In this document: piece by piece, positions 1 through 12,812 of the stretch
Position numbering within the stretch: position 1 is the first letter of the stretch
Layout of the letters: each line of letters opens with the position of its first letter
Notes under the pieces: model-generated
What the model was told of the DNA's origin: nothing
Databases searched by the model: none
The model's input: only the letters and a program-made list of their open reading frames with translations
Source: Selaginella moellendorffii
Taxonomy: Eukaryota > Plantae > Lycopodiophyta
Assembly (NCBI RefSeq): GCF_000143415.4
Contig: NW_003314316.1
Coordinates: 322,120-386,119 of the forward strand
Length of the DNA: 64,000 bases
Reading direction: 5' to 3'
Position numbers and translations under genes: made by a program

Positions 1-1991
1 CCACTGAATCACTAAAGGTATTTCTTTTGTTCCCATCTTTTTGTTACTTATTATCGAGAGTAAGCATAAAAATGTTGTCTTGGTTCCTTTAGTGAGTTGT
101 CCTCTCGTGGACACTAAGTTCAAGCAAAAGTCTTTAGCCTTACAATGCCCTAGCTTTAGAACCTAGGCTTCCACCCTGAATCGTTTTTCTCGGGCATTCA
201 CCAATACCACAAGGTTCCTACCTTATCCATGTAGGGCTATCACAAACTGATTAAACTAATCCATGTCGAAGATTATGTTAAATCCCACCATGTCCAATAC
301 AATGAAATCCAGATCTACTTTCCATGTCCCTACTTTGACTCTTGTTTGTCGAAGTACCTCATCGGTGCTTTGGCTACCTTGAACAAACTCTATAATCCTT
401 AGCTACTACACCATTAGTCCAGATTGTTGGACTATGTCTATAGCCACAAAATTATCTGAAACACCTATGTCAATAAGGATCTTAATAAAGCTACTTCTAA
501 GCTTCTCTCAAAGGGCTAGTAGATGTTGCGAACGACTCTCTACCAAAGTTGTTCGTGTAATGAGTAACTTTGAGTTAGGGACTAGATCACAAACCTCAGT
601 TTAAATTTCACCTGACTTAATGACTATATTGGCTTTGGCCTTCTTTGGGTAGGGACATTCCTTTGAAAAGTGTCCCGCTTCACCACAGTTGAAGTATATA
701 TTGTTTCCCATGCTACTAATAGACTTGACCTTCTTATTCGTGACTTTGTCCACGGATAAAAAACTCTTCTTGAATTTCCCTTTACCATATGTCCCCTTGG
801 TTTGGCCCCTTTGCTAAATGTAGACCCTTACCCCATTGTGTTCCCCTTTTGCAGGTTATCATTGAAATGCATCTTGATAGCTACATCTAACACTTCCTTG
901 TAGTTGGTTAGGTTCCAATGCATCACTTCATCATGAGCCTAGGTTTACAAGCTTGATATAAAGGCATGGAACACATCCATATCACCTATATCTATGACAA
1001 GTATCCTCTTTGCTATAAACGCATTCACATACTCTTGAATGGTTTTGGTTTGCTTCAACTTACTTAGCTTATCCCTTAGGTGCAGAGTAGCATTCAAAGG
1101 AATGTAGGTTGTGAAGATCCTCACCTTCATCATTTCCCAAGTGGCCACCAGTCCTTCGTTAACCTCTATTGTTCTCCACCAAAACTTAGCATTATTTGCC
1201 AAGTATGGTTTACATATGGGACCTTCTCCGAGCTCGGTAACCGCTCTATATCATAAAATTAGTCTTCCACCACTTTATAGTCATTCACTCCCTTGAAGAT
1301 TGGTGGGGGCTTTGATTTATACTTGGGAACTGTTTGAAAGACTGATTCCATTTCGGTTTGTTCGACCTTGTTTGGTTCCACCTTAGTCCCCGCTGAAGGG
1401 TCTACACTTTCTGCATTGCCAACATCTATAGTTTTTTGCTTTTTCTTCTGCTTCTTGTCACGCTTTAGCTTGCTTACGAGAGTCTCAAACAGAGTATTGG
1501 TCTATACCAATTATCCTTTTAGAACATTTAATCGAGCTTTGGATAACCAAACCTCACCACTAAACTTCTGTTTGGAAGTTTCCTCACTAGAGTCCTCCTC
1601 ATGCATCATCCCTAGCCTCTTGTTCGATTGGAGGCTCCAACTCTAGAGGTCTAAACCACGATCTGTATTAGTATTCGGACTCGGTCTCGGACTTGATTTC
1701 AGACTCGATCTTAGACTCAACCTCAAACTCGATCTCGGACCCGACCTCGAACTCTATCTCAGACTTGATCTTGGACTCGGTCTCGGACCCGATCTCGGAT
1801 TTTGGTCTTAGTCTTGAACTTGGTCTCGGAGTTAGCCTTGAACTCGATCTTGACTCGGTTTCAAATTCGGTTTTAGAGTCGGTCTTGGACTTGATTTTGG
1901 ACTCAGTCTCATCTGATGAACTCTTTCTCATTTTGGTCGTGCTTTCGAGGATCCTTTAGCCTTTGACACCTCAGGGAGTTAGTTCCTTACA
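1..1991 (-). mobile_element. Decayed Ty3/gypsy LTR retrotransposon fragment (partial LTR with hexamer array, gag, aspartic protease); continues off the left edge
   Basis: Minus strand begins TGTAAG at 1991. Retrotransposon-gag core in ORF 945-1202 (AKFWW...WEMMK...LRDKLSKLKQTKTIQEYVNAF). Degenerate zinc knuckle YFNCGEAGHFSKEC (~655-700). Protease motifs ILIDIGVSDNF (~450-485) and DFIVLDMVGFNIIFDMD (~260-310). Many stops and frameshifts. Confidence 0.85.
1672..1910. repeat. Degenerate hexamer/dodecamer tandem array (TCGGAC/TCGGTC-type) in the LTR remnant
   Basis: Visible 6/12-bp periodicity; same repeat type as 38690-39210 but CpG-eroded. It explains the low-complexity ORFs 1668-1931 and 1693-1959. 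Confidence 0.85.
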
Positions 1992-2024
1992 CATATGCGT
2001 TACATTATAGCCCATACTTGGGCT

Positions 2025-3830
2025 ATAAGATAGATGTGAGATGCTCTATTTGCATGACTTTGCTCTTAGGCTCATGAATGAAACAAATTAGCAACTCAAT
2101 ATTACACTTTAATTTAGCAGAATTACTATTAACATATTGGCAGTGTTGTTCCATGTTATCATAGATAAAAGTAAACCTTATCTGGGTTTGCAATAAATGG
2201 CAAATAGCCTAGTTTGTAGCTATTTAACATAGCACTAGTGGATCTTTCTTAGGCATGATTATGAATAAATCAATCAAGATTATAGGGATTAGTCTATTAG
2301 TTCAAGTAATCATTGCCATGCTCTTTCATGAACTTTTCTTAGATTGAACTTAAAGCAATGTGAATGCAAGCTTGAGATTTAGTTAAGTTGAGTCCAAAAC
2401 AAGAGTCATTAAGGACGAAAGATCAAACACGAAAGTCATTTTCTGTTTTTCAATAGATGATTAGTATGATTAATTGCTTGTGTTCACATTATGCGGTTGC
2501 AATCCCTACTTCGATGCATATTAGTTATGATCATTTTACAAGTGGTGAGTCATAGGATGGATAGTGGTGAAGCACTAAACCATTTTACTTAAACTTACTA
2601 TTAGGAGGCTTGGGTTGTAATGCTCAATTCTTCTCTGGGGAGCCTTGTTATTGCTCCATGGGTAATTTGGTATTAGATTAATTTTGAGTTTGGTTGAAAA
2701 TAGAGTAACATGAGTTTATCTATATTATGAATGAAGTTAGTGGTGTTAGGTAAACGGGAATATGAAGCCGTGGCTGGATCTAGCTTGTAAATCTCTATCT
2801 ATAGGATGTGTTATTTATATTGCATTCACTTAATACTCATGTAAGCCATTGTATTAGTGAAATGGGCAATGTTTGTGGTGTTGTTCAATTGATGATTAAG
2901 TCATTATGATTTTTTATATCATATCCATGTGAATATAGGCAATGTGTTTACAAAGTTGCTTAGTCAAATAATAATCAACCTCAAAGTAGTTAATAGAGAA
3001 GTTGGTCTACTTGCAAGTAGTAGCATTATAGTAACTTTATATTTAAATTTTCATCCATTACACTAAACTTGTGATGATACCTTGATTCTTTGAGAATTTG
3101 CCTATAAAGTTTTGGAAAGGGTTATGACATTCACTTGTTGGTGAATTTATAGGCACTTGGAGTAGATTATTGAATAGAAAAAGTGTGTAGCTAAGGCATC
3201 AACATTACTAGCATTTGGAAGTGGTATTATTATATTAAATGATGAGGAATTTTCCATAGACCTTGAATTTCATGTCATTTTTCTTGTTACTGTTTTGGCA
3301 CTATATTAAATTTTGAAGGTAATTAAAGAAGAGTGTTAGTGCAATATGGATATTTGAATATATAGCTTTTGTGATGAGTGTTGGGTATTTATTTGCATTT
3401 TGTGGATATTAAAGTTGGATGCCGATTATATGATACTTAAGCATATTGTTAGGTCATGAGAATTTACATTGAGGTGAACTTATATAAAGTTGTAAGTAGA
3501 AGGAAGTTGGTTGAGTCTTTCGTAGAATAATTTATTTTTCACAAATTTCTTAAAACTTTTCCAATAGCTAATTTGTTGATCATTTTACTCAAGAACCATT
3601 TTATTTTCAAAAGCCATTACAAACTAGTGAAGGGGTTGGTAATAAAAGGATATTGACTTTTAAGGCTAAAACAATTAAGTTAGATAAAGTTTGAAGTTAG
3701 CAAAAAAAAGTGGTTATTGTGCTATTTTAGAAAGATGACCTTTATGTATTTCTTTTGTAACATTATACTTAGTGGTAAGTTACATATTACATTTTATTAA
3801 ACTCTATAAGAGTAGTGAGATCTCACTAAT
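2025..3830 (-). mobile_element. Highly decayed LINE (L1-like) ORF2: APE endonuclease plus the N-terminal half of RT
   Basis: Minus-strand remnants occur in the expected order: IMLQ-EIH (QETH-like, 3744-3766), IIG..NFN (GDFN-like, ~3410-3430), GAITRLP (~2637-2657), PLSIL*LTTCKMII (RPISLL..YKII-like, 2526-2567), KFNLRKVHERAW (KLDL.KAYD-like, 2316-2351), R*G..LS (RQG.PLS-like, 2163-2183), ISHLSY (just before YADD, ~2025-2042). No open frame survives. Confidence 0.6.
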
Positions 3831-5567
3831 CTTAACTTAGTTTTGGTAGCCTTGTCCTTTGGCTGAGGATAGTGATGTTGAATTTAGCTATTTGCAATTA
3901 AGGTGTTAGTACCCATACTATAACTTTGTTCATTAAAAGGTTGTGTATTTTTTTGAGTCCATCTCATGGTCTTCACTTTAGTTTTGGTTGGGTGTTAATC
4001 ATGGATAATTAACCTCATTGGTTATGCTTAGAGCTATTGGTTAAACGTGTTAGTGAGTTTATTGCTGTATGATTAGATTCAAATAGCTATTTTATCTATA
4101 TTTGTTTGTGAACCTTTATGTTGTACTTGAGTGTTACCTTTCGATTTGGATAAATATATGACTTAATGACAGGAGTTGACTGTTTAGGTTTTGTGAAGGT
4201 AAATTGAAAAGTGATTGTTAATTGTTTTGCAACTAATGATTACTTATAAACTTTGTCAAGGATTAATAACACTTCACTCAATGATAATTTAGTGGTGATA
4301 CGCTTGCTTTACCAGACAGTATTATAAAGGATCATGTCATTAGACTTATATAGTTTTTCCAAATTAGCATTTTAATTTATTTCTATTGATATCATTTAGT
4401 TGCGTTTAGTTTATGGTGTTGGATTTCATTAATGTTTAAATATGGTAATTCACTCCTTGATAATATGTCATTTGTAACTAAGTATCGCTAAAGACTTGAT
4501 CTTGGATATTAAGTAAAGTATCTTCGACTTTGGTTAACTTGGTTGCTTGAAAGCTTTAAGTGGTCATTCACTCTTACTTTTTTTCTAGCTTTGTTTTAGT
4601 ATTGAGGTGATGTCTTGTTATTAATATTGTTGATATTAAGATTAAAGTGAAATGTGATGTCTCTTTATGTCTTCATGCAGATGGTATTAATGATTCAGTT
4701 AAATCTTTTGTGTTATTAACATTCGTGCATTTTATTATTTAGCAATTATATTAACATTTAAATGAGTTGAGTGGAAAATTGAGTTAGTTATGTTTTAGAT
4801 AAAATTATTTAGTAAAAGTTGAGCTTTGGCTTTTCCTTGAAAAGTGATTTAATTATGAACTATATTAGTGTAGTGTACATGATTTTCTCCCTTTATCCAA
4901 TGATGATTTACCATAAGATAACCATGAAATGGAACCTAAACCCTTCATGTGTCATGTGTCATATATGATTAAGTACCTTTTCAAGTGGTACCCTATAGTA
5001 TACACTTCTCCAACTTACATTGATAAGCCACATATATTTGTACAATGTTGGCTTGAAAATTCTAAAATAGCCTGTGAGGTAGGCAATAGTCTTAGTCTTA
5101 AGGATATTTAAGTACATCCAAGTGCCAAATACCACTAGACTACTGAATCCCTTTAATTGCAAAAAATCATAGAAGATCTAGAAACATGCAATTAAATTGA
5201 ATCTAAGAAGCTAAAAAATGATTGAACTTGGAACAAGATTATTATTACTATCCACACTTGAACCACAATCTAAATCACTAAAATTGGATGGAGGGCCATC
5301 CTCCTTTTCCTCCATGTCTTTTAGTAAACTTGAAAAAAAAGGTTTTAGTGACATAAATTTGAAGTAAACCTCGAAGAGTGTTGCGAATGTGACTTTGGGT
5401 ATTGAAAGTTATATATTAGTTAGTCCTTTCGGATATTCTTTCCTTACTGCCACGATGGCAGGAGGTCGGTATTGCTGAACCCGTTATTAGTTTCCCACTT
5501 GAGCTAGTTGAGAAACTGGTCAATAACCGTGTACTTAGATTGGATAAACATAAGGTAGGAACCCTAT

Positions 5568-5749
5568 TGTAAGCAACCAAAGGGAACGACTCGAGAGATG
5601 GTCCATGGGGTTCAAATATAGAGGGAAAGGGCCCATGAATAAGAGTGCACCCTTTTTTCCAAACGGTTAAGGGTCTTGGGATATTTGGGGTTAAGTGTCT
5701 TTGGGTTTGAATAGTACTGGGCTGGGTGACCTCCCGGGAAGTCCAAACT
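5568..5749 (+). mobile_element. LTR-like unit beginning TGTAAGC and carrying a 5S rRNA-derived internal control region (Cassandra-like), copy 1
   Basis: About 93% identical (12 differences in 182 nt, counted by hand) to 63811-63992. Positions 5690-5744 match plant 5S rRNA box A / IE / box C as I recall them. Confidence 0.85.
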
Positions 5750-5989
5750 TGCTAGTATCAAGAACCCCCGCAATATTGAGATTGGTCCCTCAATATCGCT
5801 AAATGATAGCTTACCATGTTTGTATATTGGTCTCATTTCGGTCCCAAATGCTATTTATGGAAAGTGTCCAAATTTGCCATATCTACGGAGTGTAAAAATC
5901 GTTTTGTTCATCCTGTGTCCAAATTCGCAATCTAGGGACATTTCATATTTAGTAAGTTTCAAGTTTGTCCCAGAGACTAACTCCTAATA

Positions 5990-6240
5990 CTAAGGGAGGC
6001 TTGGAGTGAAAGCCCAAAGCGTGTGTTCCTCATGGGGGGGGGGGGGGGGGGCGGGTTGTGGGGGGTTCCAAATGTATAGTAAGGATAGTGGGTAGGTCGG
6101 GCATAGCCAACCAACTTGAGGCATAGTCTAGCTCCCATTTGCGTGCCTATCCTTGTTTTACGTCCGGCTTGGGTCTAAGCCCAAGTTCCATTCCATGCTA
6201 ACTGGTGGAGTACCTATGTCCATGCGTTAGGCCACCGGTA
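5990..6240 (+). mobile_element. LTR remnant related to the solo LTR at 38462-40213; includes a G18 run (6034-6051)
   Basis: GTGAAAGCCCAAAGCGT at 6006-6022 is identical to 39222-39238. Both are followed by a G-run and CCAAAnGTATAGTA. Boundaries approximate. Confidence 0.55.
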
Positions 6241-9200
6241 TGCAAAATGGAGCCAAATAGAAGAGAACTATATTTATATGGTAGAAACTTTAATATCTAT
6301 AAAGAGCAAATTAGTAGGGATTCGAAGCCACTTCCAACGCTATCAGTAAAAATAATTTAAACCAATCACCAACAAACTAGATTACTTTCCACATTTAATG
6401 CTAAGAAACATGCTAAATGAAAGGGCATTGAGGCAAGGTGTTAAAGCAAGGAGTCTCTTGAACCCTAAGACTTCTTAGATCAGTGGTCAAACTTGATGAA
6501 TAACATGAATATATGTGGCAATGATGCACAATGGGTCCATATTATAGGATATTATCCACCCATTGTGCTAGTATCAAGAACAATGCATAGGGGCATCCAT
6601 TGCCATAGGACTGATATTTAATATTTATTCAATAGAAAAATGTCATATAAACACCCCATTGTGTGTGAAATCCATCATTGTAATTTATACCATTTTACAA
6701 ATTGCATACTATAAAAACTTTGATGAGGTTATAGCTAAAATAATAGTGATATAGCACTCAAAGATTGTGAGCTAAGGAATTGTGAAAGACTCTGCTAACA
6801 TAACAAGGTCATAACTAGAGAAGTGTGAATGTGACATGACTGTGATGTTGTATTTGTATAAACTATGATGCTTGAGTGTGCATAACACCTTATACATGAA
6901 ATGATGTGTGCTATACTGATATTGTGAAAGAAAAGTCATATAGTTCCTATTGAGACAAGATGGAGGGATATAATGGTGAAGTTGAGGATTTTGGTGGCAC
7001 CTATGGCAATTCAAATTTGTCAGGGAAGACAAAAGAGCATATTACCTCTATTATATTGGCTCTAGAGATGTTTTTGGAACATATTAATTTCTAGAGACTT
7101 GGGCCTACTGAAGAAAGAACATATCCTATTAAGCTTGAGTTTCTATTTTACCAACAATGTATTGCCTATAACAATTATATAAAAAAAGATTAACACATTT
7201 TGCATTGTAGTCTTGGGTAAGATGTAGAGGTTGTTTGTCATGCACTATGTATATGAAAATTTATGGGATATTTATTAGATCTCCAATAACTCCACGAAAC
7301 TCCATCAAACCATACAAACATTATATGTTAACTTTCTATATTATAGATCTCCAACCACATACCCTTAACCATGGCTATCTTTCAATTCTGAATTTTCATT
7401 TTTTTGATAAAAAAAGTGCTTCCATTTTTCATTTATATTAGCTACTTCTATTTTGTAACTTTATGAAATATTTCTTTGAATATTTTTTGTTTCCTTATAA
7501 GAAGTTTTTGCATTCAAAGACATCACAACCAAACAATACACTTTTCTCAATTACAACATCATTTTTGGTAAAGAGCTCTAAGTTGCTTATATATATCAGA
7601 CATATCATCCTCTTTAACCTTTTTATAAGACTTTATCTAGATCAATTTAATTCTCATTGCAAACAAAAGAAATCTTGAGTTAATTTACATGAAAATTTTG
7701 ATATACATACTTTTATGCTTTAGCTTATATGCTACATTATTGATTTTCTTAATAATCTCAAATGACCTAGCATAATGAGATGAAAGTTTATTTCTTCATT
7801 TCCTTAATGAAAGTCTTTAAAAGAGTAGATGGAAAAGCCACCCAAACATACACTTTATCACCTATGTGATACATATAAAATTTTATTCAATTTTTCTGTT
7901 AAATTTTTAGTATCAATATCCTCATTTGGGGAATCTACCCAATAAATACCCTCTTGTTAGGCACTACAAGATATATATTATTATTGAAAAGCATAGAAAT
8001 GAAAATGGCAATAAAGTTTCAACAATTTGAAACTCTCTAATTAGTAAATATAAATTAGAGAATCACACATGTTCCAAAAGGAATGCCTCCAATGTCAAAG
8101 CCTTGAAGGGCACAATGGCCTTGGCAACAATCGCTATCCTTCGAATATCCTTCAAGAACAATTTTTACATCCTTGCAAGAGTTTTCTGGCAACAATGCCA
8201 TTCTCAACTAAAACATTTGTTAGAAAACTTTATGGCTAAAGATTTAAATTTTTAACATACCTATCGCAAGAGTCATTGAAACCACAAGAGAGAGGAACAA
8301 AAGCTGCAAAATATGGATGAGAGTTGAATCTTTGCCATTGTGTTGTGTGAATTGTGTGATGGCTTCCAATCCAATAGCCTAGCTTTTATACTCTGGGCTA
8401 TGTTATAAATTAGTGATGGTGTGGATCATGAGGTTTGACTAAAGCTCATCCTTGCATTTCACAGCTGGTTTAACACTGTATTAATGGTAGTCAGAACGTG
8501 CCAGAAGACATGACTTGAAGCTTGCACAGGTTGGAACTTGGAATCCTCCAGTTCACGTTTCTTTATTAGCTTAAAATACATAATGCAGTGGCCTACAATC
8601 AAGCATGGTGATAGTTTTCTAGTGACCTCGCCTGGAAATCCTGTTAGAAACACACCAGTAAATGGATATTGTATAGCTGTTTAGAGCTTAAAATAAGTGA
8701 TAGTGTTGATCACGAGGGCTGACCTTTTTGAATACTCTAAACTATCCTTGTGTTTCACAGCTCTCTGGAATCCTAATGTTTAGGGACTCGATGTGGGCTC
8801 TAGATGTCTTCACTTGAGCAGGTGGAGTGTCTTAGCTTGAGCAAGGGTGTCTTGATGATGTTGTATATGTCTAGAGTTTTGTTTGAAGTTGGCGATGGTG
8901 TGGTTCGAGGATGGACAGCAGCGCGTGTTGTTATTAACAGGTATTCGCTGAGTCTGACATGTTCTTTGTGTTGAAGTAAAAGTGGGAGCAGCATTGTGAA
9001 GCCGAGGAGTGGCTCAGCAGCTCGCTGTTGGTTGTAAGCTAGACGAAGTGTTGACCAGGTTTGATCGCTTGAGCACATAAGTAGCAGATGTGTCCCTCCC
9101 ATGGCATTTTGCATGCGTCCCAATTGCTGACCTCAGAGCAAAGATGCTGGCCTGTTTTGTATCGTGCCAAAATTCTGTGATGTTTCTGTCCCTAGATTCT

Positions 9201-10508
9201 CTCCGATCCGTGTTGACTGTGGAGATGTAGTAGTGAGCTTTTGGTCATGATCTGCACCTCGGAGCCACCATTGAAATGCTCGTTGAAGCCATTGTGCTGG
9301 GACATAGGCAATGTTTTCGTATTCCAAGACGTGTTGTCCACAAATTCGTGCCACCACCCTGAAGTCCGGTTGTGTCTGCAAGGTTGATGAGCCATTTCTC
9401 TTGCTGGTGGCCTATCAGATTCAGAAGGTACTGCATTGTGTTCCTCCACACACAGGCCTCAATTGGGAGTATACCAGATTCCATGATCCCAATGGGTACC
9501 TTGTTGCCATCCAAACTCATTATTGAGGAACTAGCTATTTAGTTGCTCCATTTTCTTCCATACAGTTTGCGGCAAGCTGGGGCCCAAGCCTCACCTCCAT
9601 TTGGTTCTAAAGATGCCAGCTTGTTTGAGATCACTTTGGAGTGTGTTGTAGGAATTGGTGGCAACTTGAATGTGCACCATGTAACCAAGGTACTCGACAC
9701 AAGCAAGCACTTAGTTTTCATAATGACGATCACCAGCCTTCCTGTTTTTGCAATCAACTCAACCAAGGATCATGGTCCATGTTTATGTGAGATTTACGGA
9801 CAAGCAAGTAGAGCACTCACAGCCAAGAAGCCAGCTGTAACAAGCAATGTCGCACCTTCTCCATCCTAAATACACACGCATAAAAAACCACCAAAATTGA
9901 AAAAAGAAAAGCTTACCGATTGACATAAAAACTCTCAAACATAACAGCAATAAGCCAGGAAGGCTCCAGTTACAACATTACGACTTGTCCCCTATCAAAG
10001 CGTCCCTTGCACTCAAACTTTTGATAAATCTGTCCAGCCTAGATCACACGGCATCCTGATTAAGAAAACCGGAAAAAAATCCATCCAAACTCAAATGGAA
10101 ACTCAACATTTGGAGCGAGCAGCCAAGTTCGAACCAGTTTGTCGACCACGTTTCTTCACGAACAAGAGGCCCTGGTACCATACCATTGACTCCTCGAGAA
10201 GCGCGCGCTGGTCTTGGCTCGGTCTAGATCCCCTGCTCGTGTCCATCACTGCCTTGAGCAAGCTCATCTGAGGTCTCTCTTGCCAAGATACTCCAAAATT
10301 CTACTCAATTCAATCCCACTCAAGAACGAACCTGATGAGAATGGAAAGCAGCCGAGACTCTCGAGCAGGAGCCATCGCCGGGGGCGCCTCGAGATAGAGA
10401 AGAAATATCCAAAGATGTGCGGAAACTCTCCCATATTATTGATGAATCAAAGAATCGCTCAAACAAACCGAATCGCTGGAGCCTCTAGAACCCATGGAAC
10501 CTATCGAA

Positions 10509-11125
10509 TCAGTAGTGTGGGTGGCAGACCTGGCTAAAAGCAAAGGGCGCGACCTTGTAGAAGACCTCGTTCTTGAAGGTCTTGAGGTAGGCAACACCAG
10601 CGCCCTCCTTGCCCTTGCCCACATTGGTGATGACATCGCAAGTGTAGTCACTCGACTTGACGAGCTTGGCCGTACACGTCTTCGTCTTGACCACGTACGG
10701 CAGCTTCACCTGGTAGAACCCGTCCTTGTCCGTACTGTCGCTCCCCTTGACCACTGCGCCCTTCTCGTTCTTGCACTCCACGGCCACCTCGCCACCTTTT
10801 ATTCATACCACAATGTTACGATCTTCCTAGCATATTCTATTGTAGACGTACCGACAATGTGCTTCGTCCATTGGCCGTAGCAGCCCTGGCAGTAGATGTA
10901 TCCCTGGATGACAGTGGTATCGACTTCGTAGTGCTGGGGGTAGCCGTAGTCGTGGCCGTATTTGGGCTCCTCGGGTGCCTTGTACGGGACCTTGGGGACC
11001 TCGGGCACCTTGGGGACCTTCACCTCGTCCACCACCTTGTGTGGGACGTCGTATGAATCCACGGCGAGGGCGGACACTGCGAGGGAGAGGGCAAGCAGCA
11101 AGATCAAACTCTTGTTGGAACCCAT
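10509..11125 (-). CDS. Pollen Ole e 1 / extensin-family secreted protein with a Pro/Lys/Val-rich N-terminal repeat; exons 11125-10852 and 10795-10509
   Basis: Signal peptide, (VPK/VPE)n repeat, VIQGYIYCQGC motif, phase-1 GT-AG intron, then G.VAVEC...TDKDGFY...C...C...PFAF. Confidence 0.9.
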
Positions 11126-11430
11126 CGCTAACTGGTTTGATCTTGAAGAGAGCTACTTAAGATGATGGAAAAGCTAGAAAGAACGAGATTGCTTGATGCT
11201 TCCAAGCTTTTGAGGTTTCTGGTTTTTATATCCATGCGAGACGTGATATCATGCCATGATTTTTTCTACCAGATCAAGCAAAACTTGTATCGATACTGGG
11301 AAAAGCAAGGTGTTATGGAGATTTTGTGGCCACGTTATGGTCGTGCAATCACATTCTTTGCACGTCCCACTTTCTAGCCCGAGGGCTGCTTAATAAGATC
11401 AGAACATAGCAAGGCGATCGCGAGCAAGAA

Positions 11431-11969
11431 ATGGCTGCTACAAAGATTCTGGTTCTTCTTGGTGGGGTTTTACTCTCAAGTTTGATGGCAGCAGTGGAAG
11501 CTATTGATCCTTACACAGCTCCGGGCAGTTCGCAAAGAATCAACGCCACCGTTGTTCAAGGCTACGTTTTCTGCCAGAATTGCTACAAGGACTGGAGCAG
11601 ACATCTGGGAGGTGTGTTATGTTTGATCAATCGCTTGCTATGGACTTATCTTTTCCAGTCCATCCAGGGGCTGAGGTTTCTGTAGAATGCACGGCGATTT
11701 CCACCGGCAAGCTCGTCGCCCTCGGCAAAGGAGTTTCCCGCGAGAATGGCTACGTGGAAATCCGGTTGGATGGGTACGATTACAGCAGCAAGCTCAAGAT
11801 CCACCGCTGCCTGGCGAAAATCGTCCGCTCACGGGACCCATCCTGCGATTATCGCACGAATGTAAATTCTGGATACAGCGGCGCCAAGCCCCAATTCTCC
11901 GGAGTCGCGGGAAACATCGCCTATTTCACTACAAATGCGTTTTCTTTTACTCCAATGTGCTCCTACTGA
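11431..11969 (+). CDS. Pollen Ole e 1 family protein; exons 11431-11611 and 11668-11969
   Basis: Signal peptide, VVQGYVFCQNC, intron at the same phase-1 position, GAEVSVEC...NGYV...C.AKIV.S.DPSC. Confidence 0.9.
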
Positions 11970-12061
11970 TCAATAGCTTCGCTCAATGTAAAGCAAGCGG
12001 CAAGAACCCTAAAAGCTTCATTTGGCGGCAAATTTTATTGAAAATTTTCTCTTTTTGAAAT

Positions 12062-12605
12062 TTAGGGTTCTTCGTCTTCGTCTGTACAGTAGGGCATGAA
12101 AGCAAATGGGCCGGTTTTGTAGAACGCTTCGCCCATGAAAATCTTCTCGAATTCCAGCGCCGCGCCCTTCTTGCCGCCTCCAAGATCCGTGGCTGTGTCG
12201 CACGACCGATCGGGCGACGCGAGGATCATCGCCTTGCACGATTCGGGGGGATCGTAGACGCTCTTGTAGGTCTGGGGGAATTTGATCTGGAAGAAGCCAT
12301 CGCGGTTCGATGCGGCCTCGCCGTAGCTCCCATCGCGGCATTCCACTCTCACCAATGCTCCTGGTGGAAAGGAAATTAGATGGAGCAGATCGAGCAGAGG
12401 AATAAATCAAGCAAAGGAATCGACACATACCTGGGGAGGGCTTGTCGAAATTTCCATCACAATCCTGGCAGGAGACAAATCCTTGCACGACAGTCGTGAG
12501 ATCAGTGGATGTTTCGTCCTGATCATCGCCATCCTCTGAATACTCCCCAGCAGCACTGGCATCGCCGAGAATCAAGAGAAGAAGCAAGGCATAGAGGAGC
12601 TGCAT
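12062..12605 (-). CDS. Pollen Ole e 1 family protein; exons 12605-12431 and 12360-12062
   Basis: MQLLYALLLLLILG signal peptide, VVQGFVSCQDC, phase-1 intron, GALVRVEC...DGFF...C...SPDRSC...GPFAF. Confidence 0.9.
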
Positions 12606-12812
12606 CGTCGAGGATAGAGCGAAGAATCCATTACGGAGCTTAAATCTTCGCGGTGGGAGGATCGTGCCATGACGAAGATCGTGAGCACATAAGAACCCTA
12701 GGCCTAGTAACAGGGAATAAATATTTTGATTTCTTCTTTGCTTGGTTTGCACTCCATCCGGCATCCTAGGGTTTTGTGTTGCTGCGAGCTCGGCAATCGA
12801 TCGTGTGCGGCC

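Noticed and set aside
1668-1959. Ser/Glu/Asp-rich ORFs on both strands
   Set aside because: Artefacts of the hexamer array in an LTR remnant.
5690-5744. Possible 5S rRNA gene (also 63933-63987)
   Set aside because: Only the ~55-nt internal control region is present; the 5' part, 3' end and oligo-T terminator of a 120-nt 5S gene are missing.
6600-8400. AT-rich stretch with faint coding-like remnants (for example FLETWAY near 7090)
   Set aside because: One weak motif is not enough to assign a family.
8750-10300. Moderate-GC region with short ORFs and minus-strand splice-like signals (~9867, ~9916)
   Set aside because: No recognisable domain and stops in every frame; possibly a decayed gene, but unassignable without a search.
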